Notes: generated from the letters alone by a model not told the origin. Positions 10,748 through 19,944 are shown, counted from the stretch's first letter. The stretch: DNA of 64,000 nt from Candidatus Woesearchaeota archaeon (GCA_964513145.1 CAZELK010000001.1:32001-96000), one strand, 5' to 3'. Numbers and translations: made by a program.

Positions 10748-11165
10748 AGAAAATTCAGAAGAGGAGCTTAAGAGAGCTGATCATTTGATCTATGTTACTC
10801 TAAAATATACAAAAACAGTTGATGTTATAAGAAGTGTAATTCATAGATTAATTAATTCCATGGACTATAGTGTCTTAGAAGTTTTGGAATATTTAAGGGT
10901 AAAAAATATTTCTGATGTTCCAAGAATGAGGATGGAACAATTATTAGAAAAACTTTCCAAGGTGAAAGAATATGCTGATTTTTATTTTATGCTAAGAAGA
11001 ATATATAATGTGAAATTTGACAAAAAGGAAGAGTATAGAAAAAATGTTACTTTGCTAACAGAAGAAGGCGATGTTAATATAGACACTTTAAAGGAATATT
11101 ATACAAAAGCCAAGAGATTTGTAAGAACAATGGAAGAATTTTGCAAAGGCAAAAAAATTTTTTAA
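10731..11165 (+). CDS. Hypothetical protein (paralog of 10286..10747)
   Basis: 144-aa ORF with EEELKRADHLIYVTLKY. Confidence 0.78.
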   Translation: MLEDFEENSEEELKRADHLIYVTLKYTKTVDVIRSVIHRLINSMDYSVLEVLEYLRVKNISDVPRMRMEQLLEKLSKVKEYADFYFMLRRIYNVKFDKKEEYRKNVTLLTEEGDVNIDTLKEYYTKAKRFVRTMEEFCKGKKIF

Positions 11166-11881
11166 ATATTTTTAATTTTTATTTCTCCGAATGGTATTTC
11201 CTGCTCCAAGGCTATTTTACCATCTGTTTCCAAGTAGATCAAAGGCAGGAATGTATATAGCTTGTCTTCTTTTTTTGTACTTGGAAGCAATTTTGAAAAT
11301 GTTACTTCCTCGTTTCTTTTAAACATGGAAATTATTTTTCCATAAATATTTTTTATTATTTCAGTTATATTTATAATATTTTTAGGCAATTCTACTGATC
11401 TTATTACTGCGTAATTTCTTTTTTTGATTTCTCTTTTATAATCTATATCAAGGGCTTTTTCCAAGGCAGTCATCAATTCCTTTAAAGTTACTTGCCTTTT
11501 TCTTTCTTGCGGGGTTTTGAGCATTAATTGTGGTATTTTTTCTTCATGATAATTATTTTCTGCTGCAATATTATCCAAAAGCTCAGAAATTTCTGTTTCT
11601 TCAGACTGGGAATATAAAAAACTATCAAAATTAGAAATATGTTCAGTAACAAATCTATGTGATTTAAGTCTAAGCAATAATGCTGATGCTAATAAGACTT
11701 TTCCAGAGATAAAAAAATTATGCTGCTTAAGTTCTTTTATTTTTTCTATATATTTATTTGCCAAAAGGGATATATTGATATGCCAAGGATCTAATTGTTC
11801 TTTTTTGATTAAATCATAGATAATAGTCTGCCAAGTTATTTCACTTTCTTCTGTAAGCATTTTATATATTTTGTCTTCCAT
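11162..11881 (-). CDS. scpA: Segregation and condensation protein A (SMC kleisin)
   Basis: LDPWHINISLLANKY, SGK.LLASALLLRLKS, RQVTL.EL..AL, C-terminal TFLPLIYL....KI.LEQ..PFGEI. SD AGGAG upstream. Confidence 0.9.
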   Translation of the reverse strand: MEDKIYKMLTEESEITWQTIIYDLIKKEQLDPWHINISLLANKYIEKIKELKQHNFFISGKVLLASALLLRLKSHRFVTEHISNFDSFLYSQSEETEISELLDNIAAENNYHEEKIPQLMLKTPQERKRQVTLKELMTALEKALDIDYKREIKKRNYAVIRSVELPKNIINITEIIKNIYGKIISMFKRNEEVTFSKLLPSTKKEDKLYTFLPLIYLETDGKIALEQEIPFGEIKIKNI

Positions 11882-12233
11882 ATTCTCCTATTTTTAGCTC
11901 CTTTTTGTTATTAAAAACTGATTTTCCATTATAAATTGATTTGTCACTATTATTAAATGATTACAACCGAAAGGTTTATATATAAGTATAATTTATGAAA
12001 ATTATCACCTCTTTTTTCCCAGGAAGAAACCTCTTCGGAGATTTCTTCCCAGGGTTTAACGACCATTAGCCAGGCTTATCTAAAATTATCAAAAAGAGAT
12101 ATTGAATTTTCATGGCTTAAAAATTATTTTTTATAATGCAAGAATTAAAATTATGACAAATAGCTTTTGAATATCAATTGAAGAAATTTCGCAATTAAAA
12201 TTTGTAAAATAAAAAAAGAAAAAAGAGTTTTAT

Positions 12234-12338
12234 TTACTCTTCATCATCCCAGTCATCATCTTCATCATCTTCATCAGAATCATCATCGTCTTCCCAATCG
12301 TCATCATCACCCATCATAAACTTTAATTCTTCTACCAT
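12234..12338 (-). CDS. 34-aa hyperacidic microprotein
   Basis: Below the track cutoff. MVEELKFMMGDDDDWEDDDDSDEDDEDDDWDDEE, preceded by a strong SD GGAGGAG; mixed synonymous GAT/GAC/GAA codons. Confidence 0.7.
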   Translation of the reverse strand: MVEELKFMMGDDDDWEDDDDSDEDDEDDDWDDEE

Positions 12339-12446
12339 ACTTTCTCCTCCTCTGCTATATCTAACGAGCCATTTGTTAAACTCACCAGAGATAGTTTATT
12401 TTTTTCCAATTTAGTTAACATTTTTGTGAAGCTTTTCAGCCTAGTA

Positions 12447-13667
12447 CTATTTAAATGTATCGTTTTTTTGTTTCTGAAAAAATGAGATTAATTTATCTAC
12501 ATTGTAAAGCTCTTCTTTACCAGTTCTCATATTTCTTAACTTTATTTTCTTTTCTTTAATTTCTTTTTTGCCTATAAATACAACAAAAGGTATTGAATAT
12601 GAATTGGCATATTCCAGTGCCTTGCTTATTTTATTTGAAATTATGGCTGAGATTTTATTTTTCCTTAATTCTACTGCCAGTTTAACTGCTTCTTTATCTT
12701 TGTCAATAGATATAATCAAGCAATTAGTCATATTCACATTAATTTTTTCCCAGTCAATTAACTTACCAAAACTTATTCCGACAGAAGGTATTTTTCTATT
12801 AATATATTTACCAACTTTATCATCATATCTGCCACCACCAGCTAAGGCAACTTTTATTTCTTGAGACCATATTTCCCAAATGTTTCCAGTATAATAAGAG
12901 AACCCACGCATTAATGTTGGAAAGAATTTTATTTTTAAATTATATAATTTACCTATTTTAATTAATTCTTCAATTTCTTCTGCACCTTCAAATTTATTTT
13001 TTATAAAATAATCCAAATCTTTTTCAAAAAAAGAAAATAATTTTTTTATAGTATCTTCATTAATTAAATTTTTAAGATTATTTTTTACTTCGATAATCTG
13101 TAATTTATCTAATTTATCTATCTCCCTCAAGATTTGTTTATTGTTATTTTTTATTTCGAGTTTGTTTAAAATTGAGTTTAGAAGTTTTCTGTTGTTTATT
13201 CTAATTTCTGCTTTTATTTTTAATTCCTTTAATATTTCATTACCTAAGGCTAAACATTCGGCGTCAGCTTTTACAGAATCATCACCAATAATATCAGCAT
13301 CACACTGGATAAATTCCCTAAATTTACCTGGCTTTAATGCTTCATCCCTGAATACAGAACCAATTTGGTATCTCCTGAATGGGAGTTTGATATTTAAATT
13401 TTCCTTGAAAATTCTTGAAAGCTGAAATGTAAATTCATATCTCAGGCCCAAAGATCTATTTGCCCTATCTTTAAGCCTGAACATATCACTAACTGCTTCA
13501 TCTTCTTCATTATCTCCTTTAAGCAAGTCTTCATATTCTATTGTTGGTGTTTCTACTGGCAGAAAACCAAATAATCTAAATTTCTCTTCTATTGTTTCAA
13601 TAATTTTTCTTCTTTTTAAAGAAGCTAATGGCAAAATATCTCTAAAGCCTTTTACAGTTTCAATCAT
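12447..13667 (-). CDS. hisS: Histidyl-tRNA synthetase
   Basis: TVKGFRD, LRYEFT, RRYQIGSVFRDE, REFIQCDADIIG, RGFSYYTG, GGGRYD, and an anticodon-binding C-terminus. Confidence 0.95.
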   Translation of the reverse strand: MIETVKGFRDILPLASLKRRKIIETIEEKFRLFGFLPVETPTIEYEDLLKGDNEEDEAVSDMFRLKDRANRSLGLRYEFTFQLSRIFKENLNIKLPFRRYQIGSVFRDEALKPGKFREFIQCDADIIGDDSVKADAECLALGNEILKELKIKAEIRINNRKLLNSILNKLEIKNNNKQILREIDKLDKLQIIEVKNNLKNLINEDTIKKLFSFFEKDLDYFIKNKFEGAEEIEELIKIGKLYNLKIKFFPTLMRGFSYYTGNIWEIWSQEIKVALAGGGRYDDKVGKYINRKIPSVGISFGKLIDWEKINVNMTNCLIISIDKDKEAVKLAVELRKNKISAIISNKISKALEYANSYSIPFVVFIGKKEIKEKKIKLRNMRTGKEELYNVDKLISFFQKQKNDTFK

Positions 13668-13726
13668 AATTTTTTAACGAAGAAGTTAATTAAAAAGCTT
13701 ATTCGCAACCTCCTTTTTTAATATAG

Positions 13727-13815
13727 GGCGGTCGGGGAGACTTTCGCAAAATTGAATCGAACTCCCTTTAGCCGGGCCACAGCCAGCTGTAATAAGCCAG
13801 TATACTACGACCGCC
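13727..13815 (-). tRNA. tRNA-His(GUG) with genomic G-1, C73, no encoded CCA, and a 15-nt intron at 59/60
   Basis: Acceptor stem GCGGTCG/CGACCGC, anticodon arm GCTGG-CTGTGGC-CCGGC, T stem GGGAG/CTCCC with a 22-nt loop (7 nt plus a 15-nt intron). Confidence 0.92.
13741..13755 (-). other. BHB intron in tRNA-His T-loop (position 59/60), UCAAUUUUGCGAAAG
   Basis: Central helix UUCG/CGAA, bulges AUU and AGU, outer helix is the T stem. Standard cuts give a mature T-loop UUCGAUU. Confidence 0.85.
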
Positions 13816-14097
13816 ATTTGATAAATATTATAGTAAGAACTAAAAGAAACGCTTTCTTTGTTAATGAAATAAACCAACTCGTGCTATCATTTTAAATTAA
13901 TTAAATTAGAAACACTATTTAAATATTTTGATTATTTTTTAGAGATTTATTAAACTGTTTTGTTTTGGTGTTTAAAGCACTAAAATTCCATTTTACCAAA
14001 ACCTTTATATATAAGCTATGTGTAGATTTATATTTAACTCAAAATATTACATAATAGAAATATTTTAAAGATATATAAAGATTGAGAGGTGGAGTCA

Positions 14098-15948
14098 ATG
14101 AATAATAAGAGGGTAACTTTTTATTTTATTAGTTTAATAATTCTTATGAGTTTATTTGTAATCTTTGTTTGGGCTGGGTCTGGAGAAAGCATGGATATTT
14201 CACAAGGTCTTTACAATATTGTTATTAACAATGTTACATCAGGATCTAATTTGTTAAATAGATTTAATGTAACTACAGGAGAAAATCTAAATTTTACATG
14301 CACTGCACAAAGGTCGAATAACGGATCATTACCTTTAAATGGTTCAGCAGCCATAATTACAAATGTTAGTTTTTACCATAATTTTAATTCAACATATGTT
14401 GGCTTAAATATAACTTCTACTTATGATGTAGTAAACAGTTCTAATAACTCAATTAGTGTACTACAGGTAAATGCTAGTAATACATCTAACTCAGTAAGAT
14501 TCAGAGCAATTAATGGTTCAATGTCTTTTGACAGCAATGGAGTAGCAAGTTTTCCAACAATAGCTTCAGTAAGTGAGGGAAATTATAGTATAGCTTGTGC
14601 AGCAGCAACTAACAACACAGGTACTTTTAATTTTTCAACTAATGTAACTTTAGCTATAGACAGATCAAGACCTAATTTTAGTATTTCAACATTAAATGTA
14701 ACTGATGGAACTAATGTTGTAGATTTAGGTTTACTAAATGCAACAGATGGCGGAGATAAAGCATATTTAAGAAATGATAGTACCTTAATTGTAAGTGTTT
14801 CAGTAACTGAACCTTACCCAGATAGTGCAAGACTTTTTTGGTCTACAAATGTAACTATTCCAGAGGTAAATTTGAGTCCTAATATTAATAATTTATCTAT
14901 GAACAGGAAAGTAAGTCCTTCAGCAAGTCAAAATGTAAGCGTATATAACGGATCACTTAGATATGCTGGAGTTAGTGCTGATATAATAGATAGGGGATTA
15001 TTAGCAGATGGAACAGTTATTAATTTCAAGATGATAGCAAATGACTCTGCTGGCAATATAAGGAATTTTACTAATGGTGGTGCTGGATTTAATATTACTT
15101 TAGATGGAACAGTACCTAGAGTAACATATTCAATTGACAAAACTAGAATTGAAACTTTACAATCAGTAAAAGCAACATGTGAAGCAAATGATACTTCACC
15201 TGTTTCATTTAGGATAACTTTAACTAAACCTAGTGGGGCAACAGTTGTAAAGACACCTTTAGATGGAAAAGCAACTTTTTCAGATAAGGATACTGGAGAA
15301 GCAGGAAAGTATACAATAGTATGCAGAGTAGAAGATAAAGTAAAATATGTAACTGAAGAAACAAAAGAGTTTTCAGCATTTTATGGTGGGGAGGATTCTG
15401 GCACTACTTTAACTGAAGAAGAGGAAGAAAAACCAGTAGCTCAAATTGATTTAAGCAAGAGAACTACTGAGGCTCCTGTAGAAGCTGGAGTTTCTGGAAT
15501 TCAAGGTGAATCTAAAAGCTTTACATTAGATGGAGAAACTCCACATACAATAACTTTCCTGGAAGTTGACGCACAAGAAGTAACTTTAAGGTTTGAATCA
15601 ACACCAGTAGATGTAACTTTGAGAGTAGGAGAGACAAAAGAAGTTGATTTGGATGCAGATGGAAAGAATGATGTTATAGTAACTTTGAGAGGGGTTGCAG
15701 ATGAAACAGTAGATGTTTTAATTAAACCAGTAGTTCAACCTCCAATACAAGAAACTACTCCAACTGAAACGCCAACAACTTCAGAAACTACAGAACAATC
15801 CACTAGCAGGACTGGTGTGGTAGTGTTGGTAATAGTGATTGCAGCTGTCTTAGTAGTAGCTTACTTAGTGCTTAAAAAAGGCAAAAAAGGAAAGAAAGGA
15901 GAAATAAGATTTACTAGCAAGGATTTATCTAGTGAGTTTTCCTTTTAA
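14098..15948 (+). CDS. Large secreted, C-terminally membrane-anchored surface (S-layer-like) glycoprotein
   Basis: SD GAGGTGG before ATG 14098. Signal-peptide-like hydrophobic N-terminus, very many N-X-S/T sequons, DLDADGKND Ca-binding-like motif, Thr/Pro-rich linker, TM helix, KKGKKGKKG tail. Confidence 0.8.
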   Translation: MNNKRVTFYFISLIILMSLFVIFVWAGSGESMDISQGLYNIVINNVTSGSNLLNRFNVTTGENLNFTCTAQRSNNGSLPLNGSAAIITNVSFYHNFNSTYVGLNITSTYDVVNSSNNSISVLQVNASNTSNSVRFRAINGSMSFDSNGVASFPTIASVSEGNYSIACAAATNNTGTFNFSTNVTLAIDRSRPNFSISTLNVTDGTNVVDLGLLNATDGGDKAYLRNDSTLIVSVSVTEPYPDSARLFWSTNVTIPEVNLSPNINNLSMNRKVSPSASQNVSVYNGSLRYAGVSADIIDRGLLADGTVINFKMIANDSAGNIRNFTNGGAGFNITLDGTVPRVTYSIDKTRIETLQSVKATCEANDTSPVSFRITLTKPSGATVVKTPLDGKATFSDKDTGEAGKYTIVCRVEDKVKYVTEETKEFSAFYGGEDSGTTLTEEEEEKPVAQIDLSKRTTEAPVEAGVSGIQGESKSFTLDGETPHTITFLEVDAQEVTLRFESTPVDVTLRVGETKEVDLDADGKNDVIVTLRGVADETVDVLIKPVVQPPIQETTPTETPTTSETTEQSTSRTGVVVLVIVIAAVLVVAYLVLKKGKKGKKGEIRFTSKDLSSEFSF

Positions 15949-16187
15949 TTTTTTATTTTCTTTATATTAAATTTTTTTAGTATCTGTTTGATATTCTGAA
16001 GTTAATTTGACTATAAACATTAAAGACTTTGAATAAAAGGTAATTCAGTAAGATTGCTATACAAGAAAACAAAAACTAATATTTCTTAATTGTACTATTT
16101 CGAGTTACATTGTTTTGAGAGTAAGCTTCAGAAACTGAATAATAAAAAATTCCTAACTTTTATAAATTAGAAATTTTTTATAATCTC

Positions 16188-16739
16188 ATGGATCTAAAAA
16201 CAAAGAAAACTTTAATTGCCGTCTTTATAGCTTTTCTTATGATTACCAGCATAGCTGGTTTTATATTTACTCCTGAGTCTAATACACAAATAAAAAAATA
16301 TAAAGATGTTGATTTTGCGAGAGATGGAGATAGGTGGACAACTGATTTTGGCGGGAAAAGAATATCAATTCTTGCAGACCCAGAAAGTTTACAAGAACAG
16401 AAAATAGTCAGCATTAATAATTTAAATTTTGCTGAAAAAATTTATTTATCAATTAATCCAAAAGAGGATTTGGGAAGAGTGTCTATTGAGCTTAATAGTT
16501 TACTTTCTCTTTTGACACCAAGGGTAGTTAATTCTTGTTATGTAGACATAGATGAGTGCAAGAGTTCACCAATTAAACAATGCAAGGATGCAACAATTTC
16601 AAATAAAGTTATTTTAATTAAACTAGAAAATACTACAAGCATTAATTACCACCAAAACTGCCTTGAAATAAAAGGCAAAGAAGATGAAATAATCAAATTT
16701 TTAGACAGCATGATAGTTTCTGCAATTCAGCCTTTATAG
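16188..16739 (+). CDS. Membrane-anchored hypothetical protein (paralog of 16775..17350)
   Basis: N-terminal TM helix; C-terminal C.....NKVILI....TTSI....NC.EIKG....I.K pattern. Confidence 0.78.
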   Translation: MDLKTKKTLIAVFIAFLMITSIAGFIFTPESNTQIKKYKDVDFARDGDRWTTDFGGKRISILADPESLQEQKIVSINNLNFAEKIYLSINPKEDLGRVSIELNSLLSLLTPRVVNSCYVDIDECKSSPIKQCKDATISNKVILIKLENTTSINYHQNCLEIKGKEDEIIKFLDSMIVSAIQPL

Positions 16740-16774
16740 AAAATTTTAAAAATAGATGGAATTGATATTATTTT

Positions 16775-17350
16775 ATGAAGAATCTGAATAAGTTTTTAGT
16801 AGTTTTATTTATTTTAGCAATTGTTAGTTTGCCTATTTATATTTACAAACAAAATTTAAATTCTTTTAAATACAATGGGTATAGTGTTACAAAGACTTAT
16901 GATAATACCTATAATATAGAAATTTATTTTAAAAATGATCTTAGTCCGCATTATATTTCTACTAGATATGATCCTTCTGATTTAGAATATATAAAAATAG
17001 AACCTAATTTAAAGAACAAGCTCTTAAAAGAAGAAATTTATATTACTTTGACCCCAAATTTAACTTCGACAAGTGTTGTGGCTTTAGCTGAAATTTCCAA
17101 GATAACATCAAACCAATTTTTATATAATATTCCAACATTTGGTGCTTTTACATATCCAACAGTGGATAATCCCATTAAAACCTGTGGTGATGTTGATTAT
17201 CAAACTGCAATAGTTTTACTTAAATTAGGGGATGAAACTGCTGTTAATTTGAAAGATCACTGCATTATTGTTCAGGGAATTAATGAAGATGAAATAATAA
17301 AGGCTGGAACAAGATTAACTTTGACTACTTTGGGAATTATGAATGAATAG
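16775..17350 (+). CDS. Membrane-anchored hypothetical protein (paralog of 16188..16739)
   Basis: N-terminal TM helix; C-terminal TC......AIVLL.LG.ETAV....HCIIVQG...DEIIKA pattern. Confidence 0.78.
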   Translation: MKNLNKFLVVLFILAIVSLPIYIYKQNLNSFKYNGYSVTKTYDNTYNIEIYFKNDLSPHYISTRYDPSDLEYIKIEPNLKNKLLKEEIYITLTPNLTSTSVVALAEISKITSNQFLYNIPTFGAFTYPTVDNPIKTCGDVDYQTAIVLLKLGDETAVNLKDHCIIVQGINEDEIIKAGTRLTLTTLGIMNE

Positions 17351-17358
17351 CCCAAATT

Positions 17359-17958
17359 CTATAGAATAAATACATGAAATTGTGTTCTTATTAAGTAAAT
17401 AATTGTCCCAGCTATTAGTGGAACAATTAAATTATCATCTATGTCATTTACACCTATTTTAAGACCAGCACCCTCTATAATCATAGCAATTAAACTACCA
17501 AAGAAACTTTCAGTGATATTAACAAAAAATAAACTACCTAAAAAAGCAAATAACATGCCAGCCAATATTCCTTCTACTTTTTTTAAACTATTAAATCTTA
17601 ATTTGGTTTTTCCAAGAAAAGCACCAAAAAGGTATGAAGTAGAATCACCAATAGTCAGGATTATTATTGATGCCAAGGCTATGTCTTTTGTAAACAGCTT
17701 GACAGTAATAAGGCAACCACATAGAAAAAACAGCATGCCTTTAAATGGAAAATTATTCTGATCTTTTTCCCTTTCAAAGTTATTTAACAAGAAATTAATA
17801 ATTGGTATTTTTAATTTTATGCTTAAAAGTGAGACTATGCTGAAAAAGATAATTCCAAAGAAGATGTGTTTTGGTTTTAATATATCTAAGTAATAAGTTA
17901 TTACAATAAACAAACCTACAGAAATGTGCGCTATTTTTCTTTTTACTTCAAGATTCAT
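17359..17958 (-). CDS. Dolichol/phytol kinase-like membrane protein (CTP_transf_1 clan)
   Basis: Start moved to ATG 17958 (MNLEVKRKIAH). GD..S.L.G...GK.......KK.EG and DDNL.VP motifs; multiple TM helices. Confidence 0.75.
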   Translation of the reverse strand: MNLEVKRKIAHISVGLFIVITYYLDILKPKHIFFGIIFFSIVSLLSIKLKIPIINFLLNNFEREKDQNNFPFKGMLFFLCGCLITVKLFTKDIALASIIILTIGDSTSYLFGAFLGKTKLRFNSLKKVEGILAGMLFAFLGSLFFVNITESFFGSLIAMIIEGAGLKIGVNDIDDNLIVPLIAGTIIYLIRTQFHVFIL

Positions 17959-18479
17959 ATTTTTGATATGCTTTTTCCTATAATTAAACCGAAAATTATT
18001 CCGCCAATTATATCTGTAAAATAATGAACATTGAGATACATTCTTGAAAAAGCAATTATAACTGCAATTATTAACCAAGTATATTTTATATATTTTTGTT
18101 CAAAGTTATTCCAAATTAAATATAACAAAGAGAACATGACTGTAGTATGCCCACTTGGGAAAGAGTAACCTAGAGCTTCGATTAAATTTATAACTGGTCT
18201 AGGCCTTTGAATTATTGTTTTTAATATGTAAACACCAACAAGGGAAGATACAAATGCCAACCCCAATTTTATGGCTATTTTCCTTGATTTCTTTATTAAA
18301 GTTAATGCTAAGATTAATGCAGCCAATAAATAATAATTAAAATATTTAGCTATGAATATAAAAAGATTAGTCATTATTGGATTTCTATATCTTGATAAAA
18401 AATTTATTGTAGTATTATCTAGATAAAATGCCATTATCAGGATTATTAAAAATCCCAACACTATCCAGAGGTTTTTCAT
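17955..18479 (-). CDS. PAP2-family lipid phosphate phosphatase
   Basis: K......RP, SFPSGH, SR.YL.VH...D motifs. Confidence 0.92.
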   Translation of the reverse strand: MKNLWIVLGFLIILIMAFYLDNTTINFLSRYRNPIMTNLFIFIAKYFNYYLLAALILALTLIKKSRKIAIKLGLAFVSSLVGVYILKTIIQRPRPVINLIEALGYSFPSGHTTVMFSLLYLIWNNFEQKYIKYTWLIIAVIIAFSRMYLNVHYFTDIIGGIIFGLIIGKSISKI

Positions 18480-18530
18480 TATGAGTATGAATAAAGAAAC
18501 TATTATAAATTTATTCAGTTATTTTTCATT

Positions 18531-19040
18531 ATGAAATATGTTCCCAAACTAGTATTAAGGCTTATTGCTTCATTTTTATTAGTTTTTAGCAGTGAATTTT
18601 TTTATAAAGCACTATTTTATCCAATGTTTTATTTATTTTATTTTTTATTACTTCCATATAGTCCAAGCATATCCGGCAGTACTTTAATAATTGATGATAA
18701 AAAACTTATTTTTATTTCTGCTTGCGTTGCTGCGTCTGCTTATATACTTTTGGCCATATTAGTTCTTTTAACTAAAGATATTTCTTTTATGCAGGGCATT
18801 AAAATTTTAATTCTTGGATATTGTGCTTTGTTTATAGTTAATATGATTAGGATTTATTTTTTAGCATTGGTTTTATTAAAATTTGACATAAAACTTTTTG
18901 AAACCCTGCATTTATTTTTCTGGCAGATATTCTCGACTATTTTTGTTATTTTATTGTGGCTGTTTTTAGTTAAATATTTTAAAATTAAGTCAATACCAAT
19001 TTATTCTGACTTTAATTATTTATTTAAAAAATCAAGATAA
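18531..19040 (+). CDS. Archaeosortase/exosortase-family membrane peptidase (pacearchaeosortase-like)
   Basis: Multi-TM protein with FISACVAASAY (Cys), VNMIRI (Arg) and ETLHLF (His), the archaeosortase Cys-Arg-His arrangement. Confidence 0.8.
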   Translation: MKYVPKLVLRLIASFLLVFSSEFFYKALFYPMFYLFYFLLLPYSPSISGSTLIIDDKKLIFISACVAASAYILLAILVLLTKDISFMQGIKILILGYCALFIVNMIRIYFLALVLLKFDIKLFETLHLFFWQIFSTIFVILLWLFLVKYFKIKSIPIYSDFNYLFKKSR

Positions 19041-19919
19041 CTGGTCTTTTTTATTTAACTGGCTCTGATATATCAGGAAATCTTCTTTTGTTAACTTTGC
19101 CTTATTTTTTATTTTATCTTCAACTATTTTTGATTTTTCTTCTATGATTTTTTCTTCTTGTTTCTTCTTCATCTCTTTTCTTATCATCACTTCTGTTATT
19201 TTATTGTCTTTTATTTTCCCTATTTCGCCTAATTTAGAATTTAATTCCATATTTGACTTTTCTATTTCTGACTTAGTTTCTGATATCTCCTTTTGCTTAA
19301 GGTCTTCTTTTTCCCTTAATGCGTCAAGTTCTCTGAAAACTGTTTTAAATTCCTTATTTTTTTCTTTATTTGAGTCAAATAACCCTTTTATTTTATTATG
19401 TATCTTATCTGCTTCATTTCTTTCTTCTTTTATTTCTTTAGAAATCTTTTCTATTTTTTCTTTGTTGAAGAATAATTCACCACTGGTTTTAAATTCCATT
19501 TTAAGTTTTTTTAATTCTTCCATTAATTTTCTTTCCTTGTCAAATGATATTACTTCGGTTTGTATCTTTTCTTCCAAGAACTCTATTCTCTTTTTTATAT
19601 CAAGGGGATTTAATCTCTTATTTTTTGTTTTCTTTTCAAATTCTGAGTTTTTCTCCCTTAATTCTTTAACTGCAAAAATTAATTCCCTTACTTTTTTATT
19701 ATGAATGTCCCTTTCTTCCTTAAGTCTTGCCAGCTCTTCCTTTATATCAGGTCTTTTTTCTCTGGTTTCCTTAAGATTTGCCAAGAATTTTCTTATCTCT
19801 TTTTTTATATCAGTAATTTCTTTTATTTTTTGCTTTTTCTGAGAATTTAGATCACCTAATCTTCTGGTAAGTAAGTTAATCTCAGTTTTTAATTTATTTG
19901 AATCATTTTCTCTATCCAT
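19032..19919 (-). CDS. Archaeal coiled-coil protein (COG1340-like)
   Basis: Long K/E heptads, ERD..N.KV, IE.LE..IQTE.ISFDKE..LM. Lies downstream of rpl12. Confidence 0.75.
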   Translation of the reverse strand: MDRENDSNKLKTEINLLTRRLGDLNSQKKQKIKEITDIKKEIRKFLANLKETREKRPDIKEELARLKEERDIHNKKVRELIFAVKELREKNSEFEKKTKNKRLNPLDIKKRIEFLEEKIQTEVISFDKERKLMEELKKLKMEFKTSGELFFNKEKIEKISKEIKEERNEADKIHNKIKGLFDSNKEKNKEFKTVFRELDALREKEDLKQKEISETKSEIEKSNMELNSKLGEIGKIKDNKITEVMIRKEMKKKQEEKIIEEKSKIVEDKIKNKAKLTKEDFLIYQSQLNKKDQLS

Positions 19920-19944
19920 ATTAAAAAAAGGTTAAAAATTTTAA

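Noticed and set aside
13686-13877. 63-aa minus-strand ORF
   Set aside because: It reads straight through the tRNA-His gene.
19144-19704. 186-aa + strand ORF
   Set aside because: Phe/Ser/Leu-rich shadow of the K/E coiled-coil gene in an offset antisense frame that is commonly open in AT-rich genes.
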